From positions 992,001 to 1,056,000 of the forward strand of contig CAJFCJ010000006.1 in the NCBI GenBank assembly GCA_904063045.1: DNA of 64,000 nucleotides. The letters are read 5' to 3'. Position numbers and translations under genes: made by a program. Positions 35,401 through 47,597 of this stretch are shown here, in pieces. This stretch comes from Dimorphilus gyrociliatus (Eukaryota > Animalia > Annelida). The stretch's first letter is position 1, and each line of letters starts with the position of its first letter. A model generated the notes under the pieces. That model ran no database searches. It saw only the letters and a program-made list of their open reading frames with translations, and had not been told where the DNA came from.

Positions 35401-37192
35401 AGAAAAGCTTAATGCAAACGTCTCAAAGCAGAGACGCTATTTGAAGGCTGAAAATGCAAAGGTCAACCACTATCAACTGAGACTTCTTCCTGTTCATACA
35501 AATGAACTAGATATATTAAATGTGTCTGGTTGCCGATATTTAAGACACAATAGAGTTGCTGTTTGTCTATTCTCTTTCACAAAATTACATAAGTGCGCTA
35601 ATGAGATGAAAGTGGGAGACTTTGCCCATTTTGTCACCAATTTACACAGAACAATTGACATCGTTCTGGAATCTAAGAAAGTATGTCTAGCGGGGCAAAT
35701 TGGACAATCTCAATTAGCATTATGTGGATTGTCTGCTTTTACCAATCAACCAGTTCGTAATATGATTGAGGTGATGTTTTTATTACGATCAGCTGTGGAG
35801 CGCGAATCTTCAAAAGTAGAGATATCAACTCAAAATGCAGTAAAATCAACAATTGATGTTGACGTTGGACTACAGTTAGGTATTCATGTTGGCCCAATCT
35901 CTACACTAAGCTTTCAGATAGTTCTAAATCATATCTGTTTTGTTGGAAATGCTATTACAATTGCATCAGTTGTTAAATCGCTCTCTGTTCCCAATAAGAT
36001 AATAGTAACAAATTCTGTCAGGGAAGCTTTATCATTCGAAAATGAATATGACTGGCAACCTGCTTTTAAATTGATAATTAACTATTCCATGTCGCAATTT
36101 GTAAGTGTCAGTTTTATATGAACTTGTTTTAAAAAGTCCTTAGTTACCAACTTCATTAGACTAGGTCCGAATATGTGTGCTATTCTGTTAATTATAAAAA
36201 GACGAAAATAACGACCCCTAAGCAAATTGTTGAGATTGTTAAAGCCTCCCACGATCCTCCTGTAATAATTCTGGAAGAAGAAGATGAAATTAGCTGTGAT
36301 GAGACCCTGAGCGGGTTTGTCCAACTTGAACCTGTTGCCGTACCAACACCCGAACAAACTAAAAATTTATATTCGAAATTAGGTTTTTAATGTTATAATA
36401 TGATAAAAATAAGCGGATTTCTTACAATAATGCGTTTTTACAGAAAAAATGCCATCTGAAGAAGTCAGCGAGAAGCAAACTCCTAATGGTTCTGTTGTGG
36501 AGGAAACTATTTCTTCTATAAATGATAGGAATGAACGGGAAAGCTATAAAACAACCTTAACGTCCAGAAAGTCGTCGTCTGAAAAAATGTACAACTTGAA
36601 AGAAGCAATTGCGGTATATTTAATCAACACATTAAGACTATTAACAGTTTAACAGCTTTATCGGTTGAATACTTCAATCTAACACACTTAATGGCCTTGA
36701 GAAGTTTTTTAATATTCCTCTTCTATAAATACAGTAAATAATTAAAAAAACTGCTCTTAGGGTCCCAGCGGATTGTCCGAAAAATCAGATAGACGACCAG
36801 ACACTGCAATTGCTGCAGAGGAAGAATGGAAAAGTTTACAAATGAATTTACAAACGGAAATTTTATTAACTCCCAAGCTCCCTTCGAAGATAACAGGAAG
36901 GATAGGAACGCCTTCATTAAAAGCTGATTATTCTGACGAGCCCGATTTAAAGACATTAGCTGAATCAAGTAAAAGTACAATATCTACTTCAGCAAAAAGA
37001 TCTATTACAGTACAAACACAACAATCAACATTAAAGGAGCTAAAGGATGTAGAGACTTTAATTGAAAACCCACAGGTTTTTCAAAGAGATGATGTAATAT
37101 CAAAAAATTATTGTATTATATCAACTCAAACGAAGAGAAGTGTATTGTATAGATTAAAGACATCACACGAACGATTTAAGCCGTTCTATTAA
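32480..37192 (+). CDS. Receptor guanylyl cyclase-like protein (signal peptide, ANF-receptor-like ectodomain, TM, kinase-homology domain, degenerate cyclase domain, long tail); multi-exon
   Basis: In-frame exons 32480-32662, 32732-32880, 32956-33157, 33216 onward. Also LMEYMRWEKLSVVYS, TM IASILPIIPLFAFYVMYLI, kinase-homology motifs YCQKGSL, HGRLRSSNC, ISDFGL, LWTAPELL, GDVYSFGIIL, and cyclase-like LQLGIHVGP. Exact start and 3' exons are less certain. Confidence 0.8.
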
Positions 37193-39273
37193 AATAATAG
37201 AAAAGAGGGGAATAGAAAGAAAGGAATAGAGATGTAAACGGAAAAGAAGACGAAGAAAAAAGATATATATATATATACATAAATTTATATATTTAAAAAA
37301 TCTTAAAATAAATAATATAAAGAAAAAAAAAAGGAAATTTGGCAAGTATAGAGCATGCCTGAAAGAAGATTTAGTTCTGTTGTTTTAAAGTAAACAGACA
37401 ACTTCTATTTACGAAAGAAATTTAAAGTAAAGTTTGTTCTCTAAAGTCACGTAAGACGACGAATTAGAGAAAACTCATTCAAATTTTAGTATAATATATG
37501 AAAATTCAATTAAGTAAAAATAGAATTTCTTTTTTTTTTTACATTGTTATATATGAAAGAAAAACTGCTTGTAAATGATTAATACAGTATAATTACCTTA
37601 AATATACCAAATGTACAAGTTTGTTATCTAGGTCATATGTTGATAGGTATGTTTATAAATTAGGAGGTTATATATATACTGCATACAATGAATAGATAAT
37701 GAATAGGTTATACAGCAGGTAGAACAATTAAATAATATCTTATCTATAATTTACATTTCAGTACTTTTAAATAGAGTAAAACATGAAAGTAATGATAGCA
37801 ACTTATTTCTATAGCTGGAAAATTTTTCTAGGTGTGACAGTAATTATCCATACGCTTCTAACGAACACAATTTACAAAAGAAAAATAACATTATATGAAA
37901 TATATTAATCATCCTCCCTTTCATTTTTATTCTATTGTGTACTATGTATTAATATAGTATATACAGGTATATTAATTGTGTTATACTCTATTTATTTGCA
38001 GTTTGTTCAGTCTATATAAATGTACAGTATATCTTCAATATATTTTAAATAATATCGTATGATATTAACATAAAAGTTTGTTTCTTTTTCATCTTTCTCC
38101 CTCTCCCTCTCTCTCTTTCTCCCTATCTCTTTTCCTAAACTCTATTTTCTATTTTTTATTAAATATAAGATAATTTATTCAGATTGTCTTAAATGCAATA
38201 TTACTCTTTACATAAAAACTCTCCCCCTACACGCCATCTAATAAAAAAAACTACTAGAAACAAAATCTCAGCAGTAATAGATTTCCTTTTACTTGTTTGT
38301 TTTCCTTGTCTTACCTGAGTTCGCATTATTTATGGAAATAGCTTGTCGTATGGTTAGGAGTAGGAATTACTCTAAGAGAAGGATAAAAGAAACATGTATT
38401 TTATCCTTCTAAAGATGATTAGTACGGTAAGAATTCGTTTAGTTTGTAAAATGCATAGATTGTAAAATGGAATTCTTACATTTAAATGATATAACTCTAC
38501 AGAGCCTGTATTTTCAGGAATTAAATAAAAAGAAGGTCTAATATTGAATTATTTGGAAATTTATGTTGAAACTTCCTTTATTAATATTAATGATGCCATG
38601 AAACTTTATTGAAGTAGAAGAACTATCATTTCTTTTTAGCATACCGCCAATATTTGTGTTCAAAACATACCAAACATAGATATTTTAATTCGTGTAGTTG
38701 TATAATAGACTTTATTGAAAATATTATATACCTGTCTCATTTATGTCATATTTACGAATAAAAATCTGTTTCTTTTTGCAACAGCACGTCTTGAGGCTTG
38801 AAAAATAATTATTTGCAGCTTTTTCTGCTAATATATCTATAATGAAGCGTTTATTAAAGTATCACGTATGTCTAATTTATTTATGTGCAGATAATAAAGA
38901 AAATGGCTATTTATAATTTTGAATAAACTTAATTTAGAAAAATCTATAAAGGTTTTTAATTGGTAAACTTCACTTTGTTGTTTCTTTGGAAAATTAATGA
39001 ATTCATTAGAAGATGTTGACGAGAGTTTTAGATTTGTGTTACTCTTAGCATGACTGGTTTCTGTCAACAATCGAAAAAATACTTTGATTTTGAGCTGAGG
39101 GAAGCGGTACCTTATTTCCCGAATCGGTGTTTAGATCGATTTATTTAAGAACTCGTGGTTTGATATTTTTATTAACTACAGGCAGAAAACGATGAAATAA
39201 CAATGAAAATTTTAAATTACGACGATTCTTATTAATAATAATAGACACTTTGCGCTTAGTAAATATTTAAAAT

Positions 39274-41734
39274 ATGGCGTGCAATGCCTTGTTTAAATTT
39301 AGATTTTCATACTACCGGTATTTTCGTTCGATGAGGTATACCTCAACTAAAGCTAGAAAGTTAAATGTAACTGTACCAAATAAAGAATCACCAGAAAAGT
39401 TTGAACCATCTACCGCGGCTGAACTTTTTATATCAAACGAACGCGAACGGATTTTAAATGAAACTGCTGTGGATTTCAACAGACTCGAAAAACTCTTTGA
39501 ACAATTTGACATTATAGATGAAACAAAAAAAATTGAAGAAAGTAATACTACGAAGCCAAAAAATTTACCATCTCAGCCATCAAAAATTATTGAGGCAATT
39601 GAAAATATTGAATTTGATAGTGAAAACTTTGCAGAATCCATAACGTTGGCTTCTACCAGAGATGTTCAAGGTATTTTAAATGAAAAGAAAAAGCCACTTT
39701 TACGCGGTAGTCCAGATCCTACAACTCCCATTAGCAAAACTCCCTGTGGAGGATGCGGAGCTTTCCTTCATTGCCAGAATCCAGGAATTCCGGGCTATAT
39801 GCCATCGGAGCAGTTCAAAATTATTCCTTCTTATGAACTAAGGAGCCATATATGTCAGAGATGTTTTATGATGAAAGAACTGAATGTCGTAACCGATTTA
39901 GCTTTGCCACCAGAAGAATATGAAAATGTAATCAAAGAGATAGAGAATAAAAATCATTTATCTATAATAGTAGTAGACCTCTTGGACATGCCAAATTCAT
40001 TATATGCAGGTTTCAAACAGCTAATAAATAAAAAACAACCAGTTTATGTGCTAGGAAACAAAGTAGATTTAATCCCGAAAGATGCTCCCGGTAGGTAAAT
40101 AAACATCAATATAAAACAGATAATGACCCTTAGCATCCTCATCCAGGTTATTTGAAGAGGATCAATAATACGCTCAGACATTATTGCCAGAAACTGAACA
40201 TTGCTCCTCAAAATAAAATTCACTATCTTGGATTAATAAGTGCTAAAACTGGTTACGGTATTGAAGACTTAGTAACCAAATTACTAAAGGATTGGAAGAG
40301 AAAGGGTAAATACTTAGAATGAGTGCCAAACGGGCTAATCGCCTTCTACAATTTGTTTTTTAAGGTGATATCTACATCTATGGCTGTACAAACTCTGGAA
40401 AATCAACGCTTTTTAACATTCTTCTAAAGTCAGACTATTGCGATAACTGGTCAAAAAATTTTGTATTACCTGCAAGCACTTCAAATTGGCCAGGTTTTTA
40501 AAAAACTTGTACTTATTTTTTACTTATACATATTATATATAATAGTTTTTATATAGGAACAACTCTAAATCTCTTAAAATTTCCTATTATGGAACCGGCT
40601 GATTGGAAGATAGCAAAACGGGAAAAGCGCCTCAAAAGATTATATAACGAAGAGAGAGAGGAGAAGAGAATAGAGAATAAAAGACAAAAGGATTTAAGAA
40701 CTTCTCCGTTATACGGAGAAATCGAGTCAACTTTACTACCTCATCAGCTACTTATAGAAAACGAAAACGATATGAGTTTTCTTATATCGGATAGTACATA
40801 TGAATATAATTCTGAAAGTAATTCAGTTCAAGCTAAAATTGATGATCCAAATTCATTTAAAGCTGCAAAATATGATGACGACAAGTTTAAGAAACAGAAA
40901 TTTTGGTGCTACGATACACCTGGATTAGTAAATCCAGATCAAGTAAATACAGCAATTTCTTTTGTTTATATTATGTATGAAAAAATACTAAATTGACTCT
41001 AAATAGATCATCAACAATCTAACTCAAGAGGAATTAGCGGCCATTATGCCGGTTAAATTAATAAAGCCAAGAACTTTTCTTATCAAGCCAAAACAAGTTC
41101 TTTTTGCTTCTGGGTTAGGAAGAGTAGATGTTGTAGAGGTATAAACTGTATTTATTTTTCTTTAATAAGAAATTAAAGTCTTTTTATTAACTTGAAGGCA
41201 AATACTTCTATCTACTTAACATTGTTTGCCCAAAATAACCTTCCGGTTTTTATTAAAAAATATGGAAGGGAAGCTGATGATTTTTACGAAGAGCATATTG
41301 GTTCAGAGACTCTAACAGTCTGTATTATATAACTTACATGTTATTTTTTGATAATTTAACATAATCTATTGATATAGGCTCCATTAGGCGATTCTGATCG
41401 TCTAAATACACTGTCAAGTTTGATAGGTAAAGAATTCGTTATCACTGGGATTGGTTGGACAGAGAGTGTTGTTGATATAACTTTATCTTCTTTAGGTATG
41501 AAAAATAAAATGATTTGCTGTTTTTCCTCAAAAATATTTAATAATCAACGTAAAATTTTAGGATGGTTTAGCATAACTGCAGGAACAGGAATGACCGTTA
41601 AATTAAGAGTTTACACCCCTGGGGGTGTTGGTATTCACCAAAGAGAATCGCCCATATTACCATTTGCAATTAACAATAAAGGAAAAAGATTAAAGCAAAG
41701 TCAAGAATATTCTCAACTTTCCCAACAGTTATAA
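39274..41734 (+). CDS. NOA1: Nitric oxide-associated protein 1, mitochondrial circularly permuted GTPase (multi-exon)
   Basis: Zn finger CGGCG..CQRC followed by G4 NKVDL, G5 ISAKTGYG, G1 GCTNSGKST, G2 WPGTTL and G3 DTPG in the permuted YqeH/NOA1 order, with short GT-AG introns. Confidence 0.9.
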
Positions 41735-41911
41735 TATATTGACTTCAAAAAAGACTTTTTAAGGTTTATCAGTTACCATCATTGATATTTACTTTGTATT
41801 CACATAGATTTTGAAAATTTGCATTATTCAATATATATATATATATATATAATTGACAACATAAAGCATATAAACATTTTTATAAAATTGTTAATTTGAT
41901 TAAACTGGTCC

Positions 41912-42943
41912 CTAACTTTTAAACAGAGAAAATTTGGATTTCTTTGCCATACGCTTGCATTGCGCTTGATTTATACTTAACTTTTCAACAGCGTAAGATT
42001 CATCTACCACAGCGAGTTTGTCACCAAGATCATCATAATCAGTTGTCTTATAGTCAGAATTGTAAGCTGCAAGACTACTGACTTCCGAAAGAGCTTGACA
42101 ATGCCTAGGAGCCTGATAATTCTGACCGCCCCACCTGCATTGAGCAGTTGTAGCATGACCAAGGGCTTCTTCTATCTTACCAGCAAGGATATCGTCAGAA
42201 ATTTCTTTTTTACCATTGTCAGTCGCCTGCTTAACAACGTCGTCTACTTTCCCCTGTAATTTCTCCAGACTAATTTGTTCTTGAGCTGAACCGATTATTA
42301 CTTTTGCCAGAAGCCTTGCGTTTGCCAAGGGTATAAATTGTCCTCCAGTTATGTGAGCTATTGTCATAAAAAAATCTCTACACTTTACAGCCAGTGACCC
42401 ACATCCGACTGTATATAAAGTTATTCCTTTTTGGGCAAGTTCTCTTGTAATGTTGATGGGATCTAATCCATCTGGACAACCTCCAGGGAAACCATCTCCA
42501 TGACTTCCTAAGCCATGCGGAGGAGCATCGGATATCATAATGCATATTTTAGTTGATTTTTCTCTCCAATTTAGCTTAAGAAGTTGATGCAATGCATCAG
42601 TTACAGCTTCAGGAGCATCGCCTCCTCCAGATGCAGCGCTTTGGGACAACCATTTTTTCATTTCACCAATAGATGAAACAAAATCATGAGTCCTAGTAAC
42701 AAACGACTTATCCTGTGGAGGATGGTCTCTGTACTCAACAAGACTCAATTTAATATCACTCTTTTCTGAAGCTACAATTTCTTCACAAATATTCCAAATG
42801 CTATCTTTGGCTGCCGCAATATATGAACCCATACTGCCAGTACAATCCATAGCGAAAGCCAAATCTAAAACAGAACTGTCATGTTCAGCCAACGACGGCT
42901 GACCAACAGATTCAACATTAATCGAGTTATCACTCTGAGCCAT
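41912..42943 (-). CDS. Stand-alone von Willebrand factor A domain protein (VwkA-like vWA), intronless
   Basis: LDLAFAMDCTGSMGSYI MIDAS-like motif, GGGDAPEAV and SDAPPHG; 343-aa single ORF. Confidence 0.85.
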   Translation of the reverse strand: MAQSDNSINVESVGQPSLAEHDSSVLDLAFAMDCTGSMGSYIAAAKDSIWNICEEIVASEKSDIKLSLVEYRDHPPQDKSFVTRTHDFVSSIGEMKKWLSQSAASGGGDAPEAVTDALHQLLKLNWREKSTKICIMISDAPPHGLGSHGDGFPGGCPDGLDPINITRELAQKGITLYTVGCGSLAVKCRDFFMTIAHITGGQFIPLANARLLAKVIIGSAQEQISLEKLQGKVDDVVKQATDNGKKEISDDILAGKIEEALGHATTAQCRWGGQNYQAPRHCQALSEVSSLAAYNSDYKTTDYDDLGDKLAVVDESYAVEKLSINQAQCKRMAKKSKFSLFKS

Positions 42944-43722
42944 GTTTCTTTTCTATTGCTTAGAAAGTAAAATTTGCAGCAAATCTGACTTGAATCAAGC
43001 TTTGATCTGATATGAAAACTAAGAAGCAGTGAGCCGCTTTATACAATTTATCTAAACTTGCGAAACGTTTATACTATATTGCAAATTATGACTAACGATC
43101 ATTCATACACATCAAACCTGCTGCCAAACACTATTATGAGAGGAAACTACCTAGATGAGTCATAAGCAAATATGTTCAACGCAAGCAATTTCTTTCGATT
43201 GCGCAATATCTACGTAACATAATTTAAATATTTAGGCTTCATTAATGATGTTTATATGTAATGTGTCATATCAATTTTATTTCCCAACGTAAAACTCTTT
43301 CATTTGTATTTTATCTTTTTTTGAATCATAAACAACAATAATTCATACAGATTTGTTTTCATTGTTACTTTCCTTTCGTAATCTTCTCAGAAGAATTAAT
43401 ATAGTTAATATTAAATTCTAGTAAAAAGAAAAACAAGGAAAAAAGAAAATAAAATCGAAAGTAGAGCTTATATTTTTTAATATCTTTTAGATTTGAAAAA
43501 AAAACAGGATATATATTAAGATGTAAAAGGTATACATATCTAGTTTATATTCTTTGGGATAGGGGATTTGAATTTTTTATAATAAATCTTTACAAAGTAG
43601 ACTCTGCTTAAGATTTTGTTTTTATTTTGGTTTAATCTTAAAAAAGAAAGGAAAGGAAGAAAGTATATTCTCTCTATCTTCTCTTTTTTTTATCTTCTGA
43701 AAGATGTGTACTCCTTTTATTG

Positions 43723-45403
43723 TTATTCCCTTTTGTAGATTGGTATGACGTATTTATGACCGAAAGGTGATTGATACGATATCCCAACCTGCCTGAAAAC
43801 TTGCTTGGGAATAGCTACATCGGATAGGTACATTTTGCCACTGAATTCCGACAATTTTAGAGGAAGTCCTAAACTTAGTGAGCACTTGGGATTCAAAGCT
43901 GGCTTGTGAGGTTCCTGCGGTGGATCCAAAGCTATGATAGGTGTCCTTAATTTCTCTGCCCAAATCTTTGCTTCAATACACCAACTATGTCGTTGATTCG
44001 CGTCAGTACTACGGTGGGAATCAACGCCGCTAATTACCATATCAACCGTGTCCTTCGGTAGGTCTGCAACGCTCCTGATAAAATTTGATCCGGTTGACAT
44101 GTATATCCTAATTTCATTCTCGAGGATTGAACAATATCCGGCCGAAACAGATTTCGGAACAAAAAGCGTTACTTTAATACCGTGGCAGGATAGCTGTCTA
44201 GCGCAATTAATGGCCAATGCCCCCTCAGGATGCGGTCCGGCCAGGACAACAACAAAAGGAGTTTGATGAGCGTTTGCGGGATTTAGTCGATTCGCACCTC
44301 CTAATAAGTTCATTACCATTTCAGCTGCAGATCTACCACACATTTCAAGACGTTTTTCAACAGTAACCCCAAGTTCGGCGGCCTTTTCAAATAAATCAAT
44401 CCTCTTAGCCAAACTTATTGCGGGTATAACAATTCCAGAATCTGATGAATTTTGTGAAGGTATAATATAAAACATAAACATAGTAAGACTCTATTGTCGT
44501 TACCTGTTAAATAAGAAGAATTGATACTAGAATCACCAATTCGAATCTGTTTCAACTCGGAATCTGCCGAAGCTATCACATTTTCATCACATCTGTAGGA
44601 TTTTTTAGGAGTTTCTTTCATTATATCTTTACCCTCAATTTTTTCAAATTCTGCTTTCTTATCAAATAATTTATGATTCTTCTCGAAATCAAATTCTTCG
44701 TGATAAGATTTAACATTATCATTAAATGTTTCAGACCAAGGTGTTCGCCTATGGGAGTCTTTTCTATTATTACCGCCTTTTCTTCCCTGTCCTTGGCACA
44801 TAGGACTCAAACGTTTCGAAGGGGATTGATGCGATTTCCCTTGAACACAGTTGGCTGGAGATTTTAATTGTTCTTTTCTCTTCTCCTTGAGTTCTTTATC
44901 GCTATTATATTTTTCGGATTTTGTAGGTTTTTGAAAGTTAAAAACAGTGTTCTTAAGCATTTCTTTAGCTTCTTTTGCGCTTTTCAGTAATCTTAGATTT
45001 ACAATATCTGGAGCTCTGTAAAGGAACAACACTCGTTTGGAATATTTTTTTTATCTTAACAGAAACACTATTTAAATGTAACAGGAGCCTTTTTTTGTTA
45101 TTTGTCAAATTCTGAATTGTATAGATAAGATGTCTACTGCAACTTCAAAATAGTAATAATAACAGCAATAAAGCTTCAATAGCATCTATGCATAAACTAG
45201 AGAATATATTAATAATGTTTGTATAAAAAGAATGCTTACAGAATGGTTACTTTCGGCATATCGCATTGTACACCGTTGTGAAACGCGTGAGATATCGTGA
45301 GAGCCTGATGAACCGGATCAATACTATCAATTATCCCTTGATATGTTCCCAGTTGTTCAACGCATTCTATAGATACCATGCATCCAATATATTCTGTAGA
45401 CAT
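43723..45403 (-). CDS. EDC3: Enhancer of mRNA-decapping protein 3, about 464 aa (exons 45403-45240, 45015-44504, 44441-43723)
   Basis: LSm N-terminus MSTEYIGCMVSIEC..GTYQGII..HAFHNGV, FDF motif EEFDFEKNHKLFDK and a YjeF_N-like C-terminus. Exons sum to 1395 nt in frame. Confidence 0.92.
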
Positions 45404-45928
45404 TTTCTTGGCTTATATTTGATTATAGTACGATTAAAACACAGAAATTATTGATCAATCTGTTTACAAGCGGTCAGTAAAATATACTTGATTCCTGATA
45501 CCAGTTTTTATAAACACATATTTTTTTGGCGCCAAATGTTTCACACTTACCTTATATTTTCAATTTGTTCGTAAATGTGCGAACAACTCTTAACTGAATG
45601 GTCAGAAACCGTTCTAAAATTCTCAACTTACGTAAGACAAATGAAGATCTCTTGTAATATATTATCTTTGAAAAAAAAACAATTGGTTAAACATGATCGT
45701 TTTATTCTTGCAGACATTTAAGAGGCTTAATGTAAAGCAATAAATTGATAGGGTAACAATAGCTAACGAAGACGGTGACATTAAAAGTTTCTTTCAAGTA
45801 AAAATGACAAGATAATATAGAAGACTTACAACATCCTGGAAATTATTTTATACCGTGCTTTATCTTCTAAGTGGAAGAGTAAATTATTTTATTGATCATG
45901 AAACGTAAAGATTCTAATATACAAAATC

Positions 45929-46439
45929 ATGGCGGATACATGTCTACTCAATATTGCTTTGGAAAATTATAAAGAAGAAAAACTATTTGCAGATGTACAA
46001 TCGGTAAATTCTAACGTTTCAACAGAGAATAAAATCAATTTGGATGATACAAATGAAGTTTGGAAGACATCAGAATCAAATCATTTACAATTGTCATTAA
46101 AGGACGTATATCCATATAAATTCGAGGACAATCTACCAGTAAGAATGAATCCTTTATTCGATAACGAAGCTGCTTTTGGATCTGAAGATGTATAAACTTT
46201 TCACATGTTGTTAAAAATATGATTAATTTTTTTAAAATTAACAGCAACTTTCAAACGTCAGCTTCAATTCAGATATAACAGTTCTACAAGTTAAGAAAAA
46301 TTTAGCTATTAAAGTCTTGATTGATAAAATCAAGCGAAAAAGAAGGAAAAAGAAAATTAAGTTAATGATTTTATCGTTGATAATTTTCTTGAGCATTTTA
46401 ACAATTATAATTATAACTTTAGGCATTCTTTTAAAATAA
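45929..46439 (+). CDS. Uncharacterised tail-anchored membrane protein, about 151 aa (exons 45929-46189, 46245-46439)
   Basis: A 55-nt phase-0 GT-AG intron joins an acidic N-terminus to KRKRRKKKIK followed by a hydrophobic C-terminal segment LMILSLIIFLSILTIIIITLGILLK*. Confidence 0.6.
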
Positions 46440-47261
46440 ATGTCTTATTTTATCGCTTATCTTATTATCAATATTCATTATATATCTTAGTTCAATTAAC
46501 AATTTTTTAGCATTTTTCAGTTCTCTTTTTTCAAAAGCGTCTTTCAAAGAAGAAATGATTGACTCGATTCTTAATTTATTTTCTTTATCCAATTCCATAA
46601 GGGATACCTCATCATTGGAACTTTCAATTTCCTCATTTATTTCCATCATACTTAACAAAAATTCTGGTTCGGCAATAGTTTCATCTTCTTCAAGGTAGAC
46701 TTTGTTTTGCTCAAGTAGGTAAACTCCTCTGTCGAGAGGTTTTTGCAAAGTTGTATAGGCTTTATTTATCAGAGAACTTTGCTGTTCAGAATATTCTTTT
46801 TCCACCTATAAAAAGTTGAAACTTGATATTGTATACTCATTTTTTTTCGTTTCACTAATTAATAATTAATTTACCGGTGATTTATTCGCAAATTTATCGG
46901 GATGTAGTCGCCTCTGTAAGTCCTTAAATTTTGTAGATAGGTCTTCGTTATCAACTTGAAAAGTTTCTTCAATATCCATTACTTTAAAAAAATTCTCGTT
47001 TATAGGGGGTTGTATCACTCCACATTCACAAAAAAATTGCTCAGCTTGTTTGTGAATGATTCTTTGACATTTCCAGCAAGATCTCGTGCAATAAGATTTT
47101 TTTGAAAGTTGCATCAGTTTCTGATTACCTGGAGTCTCAGAATTGTTATCTTTTTTAAAAGTAGAGAAATCATTCCTTCTCACCACCTTCGATAATTCAT
47201 TTATAGTTGAATTATCATATTTTCTCAACAAACTAAAACAACGCGATACACGATTATACAT
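46431..47261 (-). CDS. HSCB: Mitochondrial Fe-S cluster co-chaperone HscB, about 253 aa (exons 47261-46875, 46805-46431)
   Basis: Targeting-like N-terminus, CWKC..CECG Zn motif, J domain with HPD (QRRLHPDKF) and HscB C-domain (INKAYTTLQKPLDRGVYLL, EFLLSMME). Confidence 0.92.
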
Positions 47262-47597
47262 TTGATAAAATTTTTCACAACATGCAACCTTGACTTTTGA
47301 CAAAATACTCGTTCTTTTGTACCAGTTTACAGCCAAATGTACGATTTTTTACGATCACGATATTTTAATCGAGCTCGCAGTAATTATTAATTTGGCCCTA
47401 TATATATATAATCGATTTTTAAAAAAAGCCGATATATCTATATAATCCCATAGATCAGTTGGTTGACTTCCGGATATTGAGAAAGCATAGGCTACGATTA
47501 CTTAGTTTAAAACGTTTAGCTTACTCAGTAAGTCTCATTATATCTATATATATCTATATATATATATGATTGTCTTGCAAAGACAATTGTGCTCAAA
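47262..47597. promoter_or_regulatory. Bidirectional promoter region HSCB / GPANK1-PDRG1, with a non-coding exon ending at 47527
   Basis: About 340 bp between divergent starts. ETS-like ACTTCCGG at 47466-47473, gtaagt donor at 47528 and ag acceptor at 47581-47582. Confidence 0.6.

Noticed and set aside
37330-39200. Possible small multi-exon gene on the minus strand
   Set aside because: Isolated donor/acceptor-like sites and short open segments could not be joined into a consistent ATG-to-stop frame.
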